From: Eledone cirrhosa
Taxonomy: Eukaryota
Direction: 5' to 3'
Length of the DNA: 64,000 nt
Assembly: GCA_964016885.1 (NCBI GenBank)
Contig: OZ024742.1
Span: 37,448,001 to 37,512,000 of the forward strand
Part shown: one piece after another, positions 12,125 to 24,118 of the stretch
How positions within the stretch are numbered: position 1 is the first letter of the stretch
Layout: each line of letters opens with the position of its first letter
Translations under genes and position numbers: made by a program
Notes under the pieces: generated by a model
What the model was told of the DNA's origin: nothing
The model's database searches: none
The model's input: the letters and a program-made list of their open reading frames with translations, nothing else

Positions 12125-12222
12125 ACTCTGTATTATCTGTGTTGAAATCTACTGGTGTGTTTGACACTCTACAGAACTCTCTCTATGTGACAACATATGA
12201 TGCACTGATGGCAATAGATGAG
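12125..12222 (+). CDS. SLC26: SLC26 exon (STAS C-terminal part)
   Basis: tgcAG|...|GTtagt, 98 bp; DSVLSVLKSTGVFDTLQNSLYVTTYDALMAIDE, a variant of the F.TVHDAV motif. Confidence 0.88.
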
Positions 12223-13172
12223 GTTAGTATGGGTTCATATTTTTAATTAAACACATTACCTTTTGATAACAAACTAATCCTGGTTCTATGATACAAAGTT
12301 GTTTATTTTAAACTGTTTATATTTATCAAAAGAATTCATAATTTTAAGTCAGAATTTTTAAGTTATGTTCCAAACACTAAATTAATAATGATGAAAAAGT
12401 TAGTTTCATTACTCAATTCCTCTAAATTTCTGATATTACCAAAATTATTTAAATACCATAAGCAGTGGTTTTCATTAGAAATATGGTAACAAAAAAGTTA
12501 ATGCTGTATTAGATGTTAAAGAATATTAGAATAAAAACATTTCCATTTTGTATGAGAACCATTTTATCTTTCACCTCATTACAAAATGGCAAAAAGACAA
12601 TCACACCACTATTGTTGATACCACAATAAAATGCACCCAGTATATTCTGTAAGGTAGTTGACAAATGTAAGGAGACAACATAGGATCAAGAGGACTCTTC
12701 AGTCCTGTTGAGAATATAACATCTCAAGTATCGGTCCAATGATAAAATGCATCCAGTACATAGAAACCATACCAGAATGAAGGAATTTGAGCAAGATCTA
12801 GTTACCTGATCCATCTAGGAAACAGTAGCTTTGATTAAGTGCTTACTTGGTCTGTAATAACCTGTTCAACCTATGGACTGGATGTAAAATTATGATTATT
12901 ATATGTATATATGTGTGTGTATATGTGTGTGCATACACACACACATGTACACATACATACAACTTGCCTTCTGCTGGAGTTCAATGAAACCCACAGAAAT
13001 AATTGAACTAGGTCCCTCTGTCGGGCTTTCACACATTCTCTGTCTACCAAATCCCATTCACAAGGTATTGGTCAAGCAAGGAGTGAAGGTGAGTCAAATC
13101 CAGAACCATAAGGTTGCAAAGCAAACTTCTTAACCACATGCATGCTAGCACTCTCATATACACACACGCACA

Positions 13173-13254
<82 letters not shown>

Positions 13255-13689
13255 TATTATATATATTAATTGTTGGATATTACTTATTCATATTACAACT
13301 AGAAGGTTTGCTATCATATGACACATCAAGTAATGTGGGCTAAGTTTTATGTTTCCACTTTTATATATTAAGATATGATAGTAAAGTGGTAGACAATCTA
13401 ATGGAGACAATATAGGGTAGAGAGAGCTCTTCAGTCTAGCTGAGCATAGAACAACTTCTTTAGTACTGATGTCATGAAAAAATACATCTGGCACACTCTG
13501 TAAAGTAGTTGGAATTAGGAAGAGCATCCAGCCGTAGAAATCATGCCAGATATGGAATGTATGAGCAAGATATGGTTTCTCTGACCAACCTATGCTTGGA
13601 CTGTGATGACCCATCCAACCCCTGCTAGCATGTAAAGTGATGATATTGATGAAAACAGTTATAATTTTGTGGTTTTATCAATATTTAAA

Positions 13690-14100
13690 AATGGAAAAGG
13701 AAGAGAAAGGCAAGGGCTCTAGGGTCACAGAAGAATGGGAGGGTGATGGGCTCTGTCTGGGCCAAGGGCGATGTTGGGGCTGCGCCTTGCAGACAAGACT
13801 GCAAAAGCAGTTCCGCAAACAATGGCCAGCAACACCCACTGCAACAGCCACCCCACCTCGCAGGGCTCCTTCCTCAGACAGGCTACCAACATTCCGATCT
13901 TTCAGAGGTGATCGGCAGTACAGGGTCCGAGTATGCCTGAGGTCTCGACAACAACCAGTGTGAAGAGGAAGTGGTTATGTTTTGAATATTTACATATTAG
14001 CTATTTTTGGCTAGTGTGATGTGAGGTGGTGTATTGTCATAGGGTGAATATTTTGGGTTAAAATGGACTAATGATAATTTAATGTGAAAAATGTTTAAAA
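13690..14100 (+). mobile_element. probable Gypsy 3' remnant (integrase tail, PPT, start of LTR)
   Basis: GC-rich island with degenerate integrase-C-terminus-like coding, ending in purine tract GAAGAGGAAG. Confidence 0.35.
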
Positions 14101-14914
14101 TATATTTCTCTCAGATTGACCAGTGCTTTGTAAGAGGAATTTGCTAGATAGAAACTGTGCAGAAGTCCATCCTGTATGCTGGCATTATCAACTAAATCCC
14201 TTCAAAGTGGTGCTCTAGCTTTGCCACTGCCTAATGACTGGAACCTGTAAAAGAGTTAAAAACAAAATGAGATGTTTTGTGTAAGTAAACAGCTATAGGT
14301 AGAAAATCACTATTTGTATGTATCTCTTATATGCAGTTATTCTGGGGGAAATAAAGTTATTTTTAAGGGAAGGTCATTTGAACTTAATTTTTATATTTAA
14401 AACAAATTCTTTTACTGGTTTCAGGCATTAGACTGTGGTCATGCTGAGGCACTGCCTTAAAGTTGATAATATTGATCTCAGTATTTACTTTTCAAGTTTT
14501 GTCGAACCTCTAAACACACACACATATAAATATATACAATAAGCACCTGCAGTTTCTGTCTACCAAATTTCACTCATAAGGCATCGGTCAACCCGTGACT
14601 GAAGCCAAAACCACATGGTTATGAAGCAAATCCCTTAACCATACATCCATGCCGATATCTAAAGAGTTGGGTTTCTTTACAAAACAAATGTTGAGTTGTA
14701 TCAGTGTTTCAAGCTAATGATGGTAAGATGACATATAAGGTATTTTTACATATGTAGGATTGAAGAAAATAATTTAGTAAGCTTATTCATTGTTTTAGTA
14801 TTGTATTTTAAAATTAAGAGTTTGTCATGTGTTCTTGAACTACAGAATAAACTGGATTATGCTTTATCTAGACAGTGGCATCTAATATTATAAGATTAAA
14901 TTATTATTTTTCAG

Positions 14915-14959
14915 AATCCAAATATATACCAAGAGGGTAGTGTTGAAGTGTCTTTGTAA
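14915..14959 (+). CDS. SLC26: probable SLC26 terminal coding exon
   Basis: Strong acceptor ttattatttttcAG; phase 0; NPNIYQEGSVEVSL-stop; AATAAA signals downstream (~15232, ~15444). Confidence 0.6.
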   Translation, partial: NPNIYQEGSVEVSL

Positions 14960-15929
14960 AATTCAAAAGGTTTAAACATGCTGATAATATCTAATCTTAG
15001 GTTGACATTCTGTCACTCACTCCAATTTAAACAATACAATTCAGATTAATATTAGATCTGACAGTGCCTGCATAGATAGCTGATTTTTATAGATAATTGC
15101 TATTCACTGGTCAGAGGTTTTGTGAAGGTGAAAAAGATAGAAAATAGCATTGAGTTCAGCTTCTGGACCTGAAATTGTCCTCCAAGAAACCAATTACTCA
15201 ATCCTTTTAAAACAAATATCTTCAAAATTAAAAATAAACATAAAATTGAAGACAATAAAAACCTGCAAAAATGGAATAGAATATGAAATATATCCAGAAA
15301 TAAAGCTATATATTTGTGAAGGCAGACACATATATGAAATGGACTTTAGTATGTTGTAATACATATGCCTCTAAGTTAATTTATTGATGAGAACATACAT
15401 CAACCCTTCTGATTGAGTCGTCTATACTCAAAATCTCTTACTTAATAAAAATTAAAATTTATACCAGCAACAAGTTATCAGTTAGTTGTGTTACATTTTT
15501 ATTTTATTATTTTGTCCCTTTGCTACATACTATATGTTATCATTTGATCATCAATATCTGCAACTAATTGGCAGAATCATTATAGTGTCAGATTAAATGC
15601 CTTAGTATTTGTGCCAACTTGCTGTGTTCTGAGTTCAAATTTTGCTAAAGTCAGCTTTGCCTTTCATCCTTTCAAGTTTGATAAATAAAGTATTAGTCCA
15701 GGGGCAGTGGATTGATGGAATTGTTAAATAATCAGATGAGATGCTTTTTGGTATCTGGTCCAGTTATGTGCATTCTAAGTTCAAATCCCAACTCCTCTGC
15801 CAGGAGTTGCAACTGACAGTTATAATCAGCAATGGAAAGAAGAATGAGTAATGGAAACATTGTTTCCTTGATTTGATCTGACAGTTGATTCTTTTCCTTT
15901 TTTGATCATCCACTTGTCTGCTAACACAC

Positions 15930-16800
15930 ATAATATTTGTGTTTTGATTAAAATATATTTATTCTCTTTGAAATCTGTGAGTAGTTCCTCTTCCTTATAC
16001 TCATTCTCCACATTCAGCAACTTCTCATAGTAACATTTCCAGGCCATCTACTTCTGAGCATTGGTAAGGCTAAGTGCACTGGTATCATTCCCAGCATATT
16101 TTTCCCCATCTCAGTTGACACTGACACACTGCTTGGCAAACTAGAACACCTTACACCACAAGACAATGGCAAGCTTGTTTTCAGCTTTTTCTGTCATAAG
16201 TCAAACTTGCCATCTAGCTTCTCCTCCTGCTACTTGATGCTGTTCTTTACTAGCCCCTTTCTTCCAAACCTGTTTCTTAGCTTTAATGGCGCCATCTACA
16301 GTACTGTTTCACCACCAAGTTACCTTTCATCTTGCTGATACCTTGCTCCAGTCACAGATCTCTTCAGTAGCCCACAGCAAGTTGTTACATAGGAATTTCC
16401 GATTTTCCTCTGTTATATATATATCTATCTTCTCCTTCCCAGTGTATATGTCGTATAGAGCTTTTCTGAACCAACATTTAACAGATTGATCCTTTAGTTT
16501 CCATATCCACTTTCTCCAGATTTTTTATTGTTAGGTTCTTACTCTGATGTTGCTAATAATTAGTTTATGTTGGGTAGTACATTATTCTCCAGGAAAATAC
16601 TTAGTATTCACACCATTTGCCTATCGTGTTTTCTAATAAATCTGAAGCCAATCTGTCTTGCATGATTGGTAGATGATCAAGTGACTGATCAGTTTCCTGG
16701 AGTTAGTGTTGTAAATGGTTATGTCATTCGCATAACAGAACTTTAAGAACCTTGATTCGTTTTCATTTTTTAAGTGTATCCATGTATATGGAGTTCCACA
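15930..16800 (-). mobile_element. degenerate RTE LINE (endonuclease end and linker)
   Basis: AWKCYYEKLLNVEN and WWNSTVDGAIK-like motifs on the - strand. Confidence 0.65.
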
Positions 16801-17137
16801 GAAGCAGGTAGAGAAGTTTTATCTTGAGGCCGTGTTCCCAAGTGATGGAAGGCAAGTGGCCACACGAGGAAAAAAAATTTTCCTACTGAAATCATTTATC
16901 CAATTTATCCAATTTTGTTTAAAAAAAAATCAGAAAACATTTACATTTGTATGTGCGTGCACTCCCCAGCATTCATTAATTTCTATTTCACTCTTTACTT
17001 GTCACTTCAGTCAATATGTATATTCCTACTTAAACCCATATTTTATTTCTCTCTGAATCTCTTTTACTCTCTCCCCCTCTTTCTATTTGATGTTAAGTAT
17101 CACATCTGACACCAGACCATCCAATCAACACATTGGG

Positions 17138-17171
<34 letters not shown>

Positions 17172-18049
17172 TCGAAAATGCAAGCATTCCAAACACAGAA
17201 AACAACTGTTGATCACTATAGATAATATTTGAGAAAATTGGGTAAATTACCCATAGAGATGGAAAATACTGGACTAATGCGCCTGGAGAGGTTGTCAGAC
17301 ATTGGCTCAAAGCAAGAGCTCTTTCTACTCTGTGGATGTGAGTAGTGGGGAGTATGACACAGGCATGTGCTAAGAGTGGAAAGATTTGACAGAGTGAAGA
17401 GTGGTGAATGGGAACTTCCAAAAGTGTAGGAAGGTACTGTGATAATAGCTATGACTGGTGTGTAAGGGTGATGAAGGATGGAGATCTAGAGAAGAGTGGG
17501 GGTAATCCTTGATAGAATAGAACTGGGGATGTAGTGATGCTGAGAATAGCTACCACATACACACTGGTTGGTGAGGATGAGGGTTCTATGGTTGCGTGGA
17601 ATGTTGGGTGATAACCTTAATTAAAGTGTGGCTGTTAGTATTTGTACACACACACTCACACGTTGTTTGGTGGGAGGGAGATAACTCAGTCTGGACAATT
17701 TATTGGAAAATAATAATTGCAACTCTGCATAAATATATTTATATTCAGAATCTGTATGTGTTTTACTACGTTTGCCCCATAACGTAGTACTTTGAGAAAT
17801 AGAGTTTAATAATAAGTAATAAATTGAAAAGTACTGGCATCAATATTATAGCCAAAGCTCTTTAAGATGTTGCCCATTTATGACTGCCGCCCAGTTGAAA
17901 GACTGACACAAAATCAATGAAAGATTTGATATATTTTTTATTGTGCATTTGTTTTGTTGATTGTAAGTGTATGGAACTAAAACATCAATGCACTCACCAC
18001 CCTCAAACATGAAAAGTATGAAATTAAAGAGCCCTCACATTTGATCCAA

Positions 18050-18480
18050 ATACTAGGTCTAAAGAAAACATGCCTAGAACTGTATCTAACAGACTGGCCT
18101 TTCTGTTCAGTGTCAAAAAAACATTTCTACTCCCAACAAGTTCTAAATATCTACAATGTTTAGGTAAAATCCACAATGGAGTATTGCTCCCACATTTGGG
18201 ATGGAGCTGCTGCCATACATCTTTTAAAAAATCTGTTTGATTGGCATAAATCACTGATAGACATGCTCCCACCCCTGGCTTTACATTTTTACTGCTACTA
18301 CAATGGCATCAACTTATTTGCACTGGCTGGCCTCATACTACCTTCACTCAGCCATGAGTGCTTTACTTGTTTTTCCTCCTCTCATCACCCATATTGTGTC
18401 CAACATCCCATGTCCTGCAATCACCACAATCCTTCCTCACAGAACATCATCTCTCTGGAGTTCTTTACCTGCACGTCTTT
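18050..18480 (+). mobile_element. degenerate CR1/L2-like LINE fragment
   Basis: MEYCSHIW motif and a FYCYYNG-like downstream segment. Confidence 0.55.
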
Positions 18481-18664
18481 CATGCAGGAGTTGACTCAAA
18501 ACAGTTTAAACTGCGGCCAAAACGAGCAGGAGAAAACAACAGAGTACGAAGGGTCACTGCTTAGGAAATATGCTGATGTTGCACGTACTGCCTTGATGAA
18601 AAGGAGACAGTATACAGAAACAATACAGACTGTAGCTGCAGAACAATAACAAACAATAACATCT

Positions 18665-19680
18665 CTTAATAATAATAATAATAATGAAATTATTGTGTAA
18701 AGTGCTCAAGTGCACTACAACTCGTCAAAGGTGCATGTATAGTACATAGAATAATACACAAATGTCAGGGAAGTGAATAGTGTACAAGTCATGATATACA
18801 TGTGTGTATGTGTATGGAGGGGGAACATTAGGTGTAGTGTTGGCGAATCTCGGGAAGCATAGAGGCCTTAAAGGATGCAGTGTCTCGACAGCTAACAACC
18901 GATGCAGGTAGTTTGTTCCATGCTTCAGCAACTCTGAGCGTGAAAAAATGTTTCCGAAAGTCATGGGAACTGTACTGTTTTCTGACTTTGTGGGCATGCC
19001 CACGTGTGTTAGACACATGGACATCAAAAAGGTACTCAGGGTTGTTGTTGGCAAGATGGTTAATAATTTTGTGGACGTTTACCAAGTCAGTTGCCAGGCG
19101 TCGGAGCTTCAATGTATCCATGCCCAGGGAAGCAAGGCGCTCAGAGTATGGTAGATGCCTGATGGAGGGTATTCGCTTGGTTGCACGTCTCTGAACAGTT
19201 TCCAGGTGGTCAATGTTCTGAGCAAGATAGGGGTTCCAGACTGGTGATGCAAATTCTAAGTGTGGCCGCACCATAGCCATGTACAGCCTTAAATAGATAG
19301 CTGGAGGGCGGCTGACAGAGGTCTTGCTGAGTGATGCTAAGACACCCTCGGCCCTCTTGACAATTTTAGAGACATGCTTGTCCAACGCAAATCGCTGCTG
19401 ACCGTAATGCCCAGGTCACGTTCACAAGAACACTTCTTGATATTAGTGCTTTGGAGGGAGTATGTGGGTGCTGGGTTTTTACTCCGAAAATGCATGGTGG
19501 TGCACTTGTCCACAGCTAGCTTGAGTTGCCAGTCTGAGATCCATTGTTGCATTGTGTCCAGGTCAGACTGCAAGCAAGATCTATAGTGATCAGGATCTGT
19601 CCTTTTTATCTCAAGGTACAGCTTGATGTCATCTGCGTACTTTAGTACTGTGGCATTCTTTAAGTTGGCATCTACTCTTC
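18665..19680 (-). mobile_element. 5'-truncated CR1/L2-like LINE, RT C-terminus and 3' UTR
   Basis: LKYADDIKL, ERDLGI, VRPHLEFASPVWNP, LETVQRRATK, TRGH; (ATT)n tail; one frameshift near 19380. Confidence 0.93.
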
Positions 19681-20067
19681 CTTTCATCTTCTTCACCACC
19701 TTCCACTTACACCATCAATTCTCTTCTGTATAGGTATGGTAAAATTAAATCAAGTTTTCGTCTATATTCTATCTGTTTAGTATTGTGTTTATCTTTTTTT
19801 GTGTTAGATTTAATGATTTTCATTGGTTTTGTGTATGAACTTGTACACAACGTTCTGTTGTAAAAGTTTAAATAAGAACCCATCTGGGATCCAGAAACTG
19901 ATTAATCTATTTTACCTTGATTCATATGGGAAAACAGTTCCGGTTTATGATCATTTCGGGTGACAAACATCCTCTAGGAATGAATTAAATTTGTGAACCG
20001 AGGTTCCACTGTATATATATATATACACATATATTATATTATTTATTTATGTTCATACATGGAACAA

Positions 20068-20156
20068 AAGCGCTACCTAAGGTTTCAAGGCCCAATATTG
20101 ACCATATCTCCAGAATGTAAGAGAGTTCAAAATTGTGACCTAATCTTCAGGCACTT
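20068..20156 (-). ncRNA. type I hammerhead ribozyme 3' of a Penelope fragment
   Basis: - strand reads AAGUGC-CUGAAGA-[stem II]-GAAA-CCUUAG-GUA-GCGCUU; core intact, stem III near-palindromic. Confidence 0.75.
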
Positions 20157-20489
20157 AGAGAAGTTTATAAGATACTGTTAAAAGTAAAATATGCTAAAAC
20201 GCTGAAAAATGTATTATAACTTAGGGAAATAACTCCAAGATGTAAATTTGAAATAGCAAAGTCGTACACGTGTTAGTATTCATGGGCTATAGCAGATGTA
20301 TGGTATTATGTAGTTGTTTGTAATATAGAGTTGGTAATATTTATTAAGGTATGGAGTAGAGTAGTATATAAGGTGTACTGTATTATGTAAGTGTGGAAAA
20401 AGAAAGAGAAAGAAAAGATATTAAGAAAGTATATAACTCAAATTAAGGTGGTTGAAAATTAGTTGAATTTGTTGAGTTTCCACTTAGCA

Positions 20490-21245
20490 AGCAGTTGGCT
20501 TTTGAGAAGCATCCTCTAAAAATTTTGCTTTTGAGTTCAAATAATTATCATTCGGAGACAACAAACCTTGTAATATTCTAAATGTCTCATTAAGACAGAC
20601 ATCTCTTGGTACCATTAGTGTAAGGTCTGGATCTTTTGGGAATCTTCCAAGTAATCTTATATCGAACTCCTTTTTCCTTTAATCACCTGACTTTTTTTGC
20701 CTGGGCTGTACTGGTTCTCATATCAGTATTCCTGAAGGAGTAGAGATGCGAGTAAAAACCTTGTTTAAAACAATTTTGCACCATACCAATGTATCTTTCT
20801 CTAACTTCAGAATTTTTTGTGTTGATATTACATTTCTGTTGGAGAGGGTAGTTCTCTTTAACCCTACAAGAGCAGCTTGGGTTTACATTGGGTATATTCT
20901 TCGTAGTCATTTTTGCTCTCATAGATGGGCCACATGAATAGGATATCTTGACGGAATTGCGATTGAATTTTTTACTGTATCTATGTTGTGATGAAAAATG
21001 TTTATCTATTAAATCTAAAACCTCCTTGCCTACATTAGTCTGTACTTTAAGGGAAAAGGGGGGTGCAAACCAGATAATTCTTTCTTTTCTGTTAGCATTT
21101 TTAGTATGGTTGGGTTGGGAATGATTGGGTGTCTACTTAATTTTGTCCTTAAAACCACTATCTAGGAGGGTTTGATTGTAGTAAGGTGCAGTCTTATCGA
21201 AAATCTTCCAGGTTGCTGATAGATTTGATATCCTAAAATTAATAT
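20490..21245 (-). mobile_element. Penelope-like element, linker and GIY-YIG region (degenerate)
   Basis: RISNLS...IFDKTAPYY; WFAPPFS...NVGK; KISYS; CSCR; YIG...FKQ.FYSH..SFRN. Confidence 0.85.
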
Positions 21246-21552
21246 TAAAAACTGCAGTGGGGTAACATGAGGCTTTATTAATATATTTCAATTTTTCACA
21301 GGTCCTCTGGAAATAGAACCCAGGTAACATTACTGTTTGTATACATGCATCATACAATCTGCCCTTCAGGGAAAATCATTTTGTAGCTAGCAGTAGTAGT
21401 AGCTCCCTGAACTTTTCCATCCTGTTCTCACTCTGGCTACTGTACTTATATATATATATACTGTAGTACAAATTTGGAATACATATCCAAGAGTGTTTGA
21501 GCACTCAGTCCATAGGACGAGTTAAGTATAATTTGTTACAACAGTGACATGT

Positions 21553-21602
21553 ACAAGTACATAAGTTTTGTTGGGTTGTTCAACCCAACTCTTTCAGCCT
21601 GT
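21553..21602 (-). ncRNA. degenerate hammerhead ribozyme of second Penelope copy
   Basis: ACAGG-CUGAAAGA-GUUGGGUUG/CAACCCAAC-AAAA-CUUAU-GUA-CUUGU; helices intact, core mutated. Confidence 0.55.
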
Positions 21603-21879
21603 CATTTAAATAAAAATGGCTTCCCACCATGAAGATTTTAGAAAGTATAGAATTCTAAGTGTAGGTAATCCTGAATTTATCTATAAATAGACAAATCCTT
21701 TGAACAATGTAAGGGAAAAAGGAGGTAACTATATAAAAAAACAACAAAGTAGGCAACTTGTATTACACAGAGAGTCCAAGGGTTAAGTTGAAACACTGAA
21801 GAAATTAAATTCAATTAATCCAGTCTAGACCATTTTTTTAGAACAAATTTTGCTTCATGAAGAGAGAAACTGAAGCAGT

Positions 21880-22405
21880 CAAGGAGGGTATTTAAGCAGT
21901 GTTTCCCTGAACCCAATTACAAGAGTATATTCCACTTCTCTGAGTTACTTACACAGCTGGCAAAATTTCGTCCCATTGACATAGGGCGTGGATTTTTCCA
22001 GCATCCTCCATTTAATGGAGAATGCTGTGCCGTTATTTTTTATGTTCCAAACATGGTTCAAAGCTGAATGGTATGTTTTGTCAAGATATTTGAAGGTTGT
22101 TCGGTTGTTCAGGAAATGGCTTTTGAACTGGCTCTCAGACATAAGTCCAGGCTTTAGTTTGATGGTTCTGGTTTGTGGAGGTCTCCTCTACTTCATATAT
22201 ATCATTGCTGGAGTGTTGCACAGTTGACCAGTGAGCATGCCTCTGGCCTTCTGCATGAACATCCCTAAGGTGGAAAGCTTTTGTATTTGTTGGTGATGTG
22301 GAATTTTATCTTGCTGGTACAAGAGTAGCCTATTTTCACTGTATGGCGGTTGAATATTTGACAGTATTTATGGCCTACAGGGAAGTGTAGAAATGTCTGA
22401 AGGTT
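21880..22405 (-). mobile_element. second Penelope-like element, GIY-YIG fragment
   Basis: HKYCQIFNRHTVKIGYSC; FKSHFLN.RTTF...HVWNIK...IKWRMLE...CQLC. Confidence 0.8.
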
Positions 22406-22409
22406 GGTT

Positions 22410-23065
22410 CAAAATGTTTCCTGAACCACCAAGAAGTGTCCATGTTTGAATTTCAGGTGTATCCACGTTGCCTTGTGTATCTCCTTTTGCTGAAAAATTG
22501 TTTTGCACACAACCATCTCAAACTCAGTGCATAATTGCAAAAGAAGACCATCGGCATTCATCTTGCTCATGCTGTGACACTTTAAAACTCTCCAGATGTT
22601 GTTGTCTTTCCCACACATACATTAAAATCTCCAAGAAGCAAGATATTGTCTAGATGTGGAATCGATGTTATAATCCCTTGTAAATCTTGGTAAAAAGCCA
22701 TAATTGATGTCTGGCCACTATCCAAAGTAGGTGCATACACTGAAATGAGTCATAAAATCCTCTTGAGAGTGGAACTCCCAGGTGCATAATTCAATTGCCA
22801 ATGCACTTTGTGATCTCTGTCTGGATAGCAAAACCTACTTCTCCAGTCCTTTTTTCACCATTTGGTTTCCTTTCCAGAAGAATATATAGCCAGCACTCCT
22901 CTCTGATAGATGACCTTCACCATTAAGATAGTTTTCAGAGAGCACAGCTATATCTATATTATACCTGCTCAATTCTCTGCCAACAATAGCAGTTCTGAAT
23001 TTGTGGATGATTCCCTGTCAAGAGTTGTTCTAATATTCCATGTAGCAACATTCAATGTAATTCTG
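22410..23065 (-). mobile_element. RTE LINE AP-endonuclease fragment
   Basis: ATWNIRTTL, FWKG, VYAPT, NADGLLLQLCTE, TWIH motifs. Confidence 0.75.
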
Positions 23066-23239
23066 TCTTCGTCCCCATCCTGTTTATTATTGTCCTCCGG
23101 TATATAGCAGGCTGTTCATGTATACTTCTATTTGCCAATGACCTAGTCCTTGTAGCCTAATCTATGGCAAAAATTCTAGGGTAGCAACGAACATAGGCTT
23201 TGTAAGTGTCTGATACATAGGAGCAGTAAGAACTCACAG

Positions 23240-23580
23240 GAAACAAGCTCTATCAAATATTAGGCACGTAGTATTAGTTGGCAACATCTATTACCTGGGT
23301 GACTAAATTAGCAATGGAGGTGGGTGTTCTGAAAGTACAGTAGCTAGAGTGAGAACAGGATGGAAAAAGTTCAGGGAGGTACTACCACTGCTAACTACAA
23401 AAGGTTTTTCCCTCAAAGTGAAAAGCAGATTATATGATGCCTATGTGCGAACAGTAATGCTCGTGGAAGTGTTCTGTGCAGAGGACCTACAAAGATTGGA
23501 AAGAAATGAAGCATGTATGCTCCTATAGATGTACAACAGTAGTGTACATGAAAGACAAAGCATCAATTGAAAGTGAAACC
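23240..23580 (+). mobile_element. RTE LINE RT-tail fragment
   Basis: ARVRTGWKKFREVLPLL...RLYDAYVRTVML. A related - strand piece lies at ~21330-21445. Confidence 0.75.
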
Positions 23581-24118
23581 GGAGTCTTACCGTCCTCCCC
23601 ATCTCATTATCTAAGTATCCCAGACTCACTTCCTACAAAGACAGTTCCTCTCTCACACCATTTGTCCTGCTCCTTCCAGTATGGAAAAGCAGCCCCCAGC
23701 TTCATCCATGTCTAATGAGAAACACCAACATATTTGTTAATGAATTGGTTTTCTTTATTTTGTTATTGAATGAACAAATATAAATATATATTAGAGTGCT
23801 ATAGTACTTAAAACAAAAATATCATGGCAATGACTTCTAATTTTCCGCTTGGTCGATACCCTTGCTAGCAGGGAAAACGGACGTTAAATGATGATGATAT
23901 ATATATATACACACATATTTGTTCTCAGCCACCTGGACTATTGCTCTTAATTATGGTAATTCCACACTATCAAATTCACCAAAATTGCCTCTATGAAAGG
24001 GGTGAGTTACTGCTAGTGACTGAAAAATTTCCGACTCTATTCCCATATCAAAGTAAAATTTGTAGAACCAGCTACTTTTGGCACAAGGCAAACAATTACC
24101 CAGTACATTACTGGTTAA

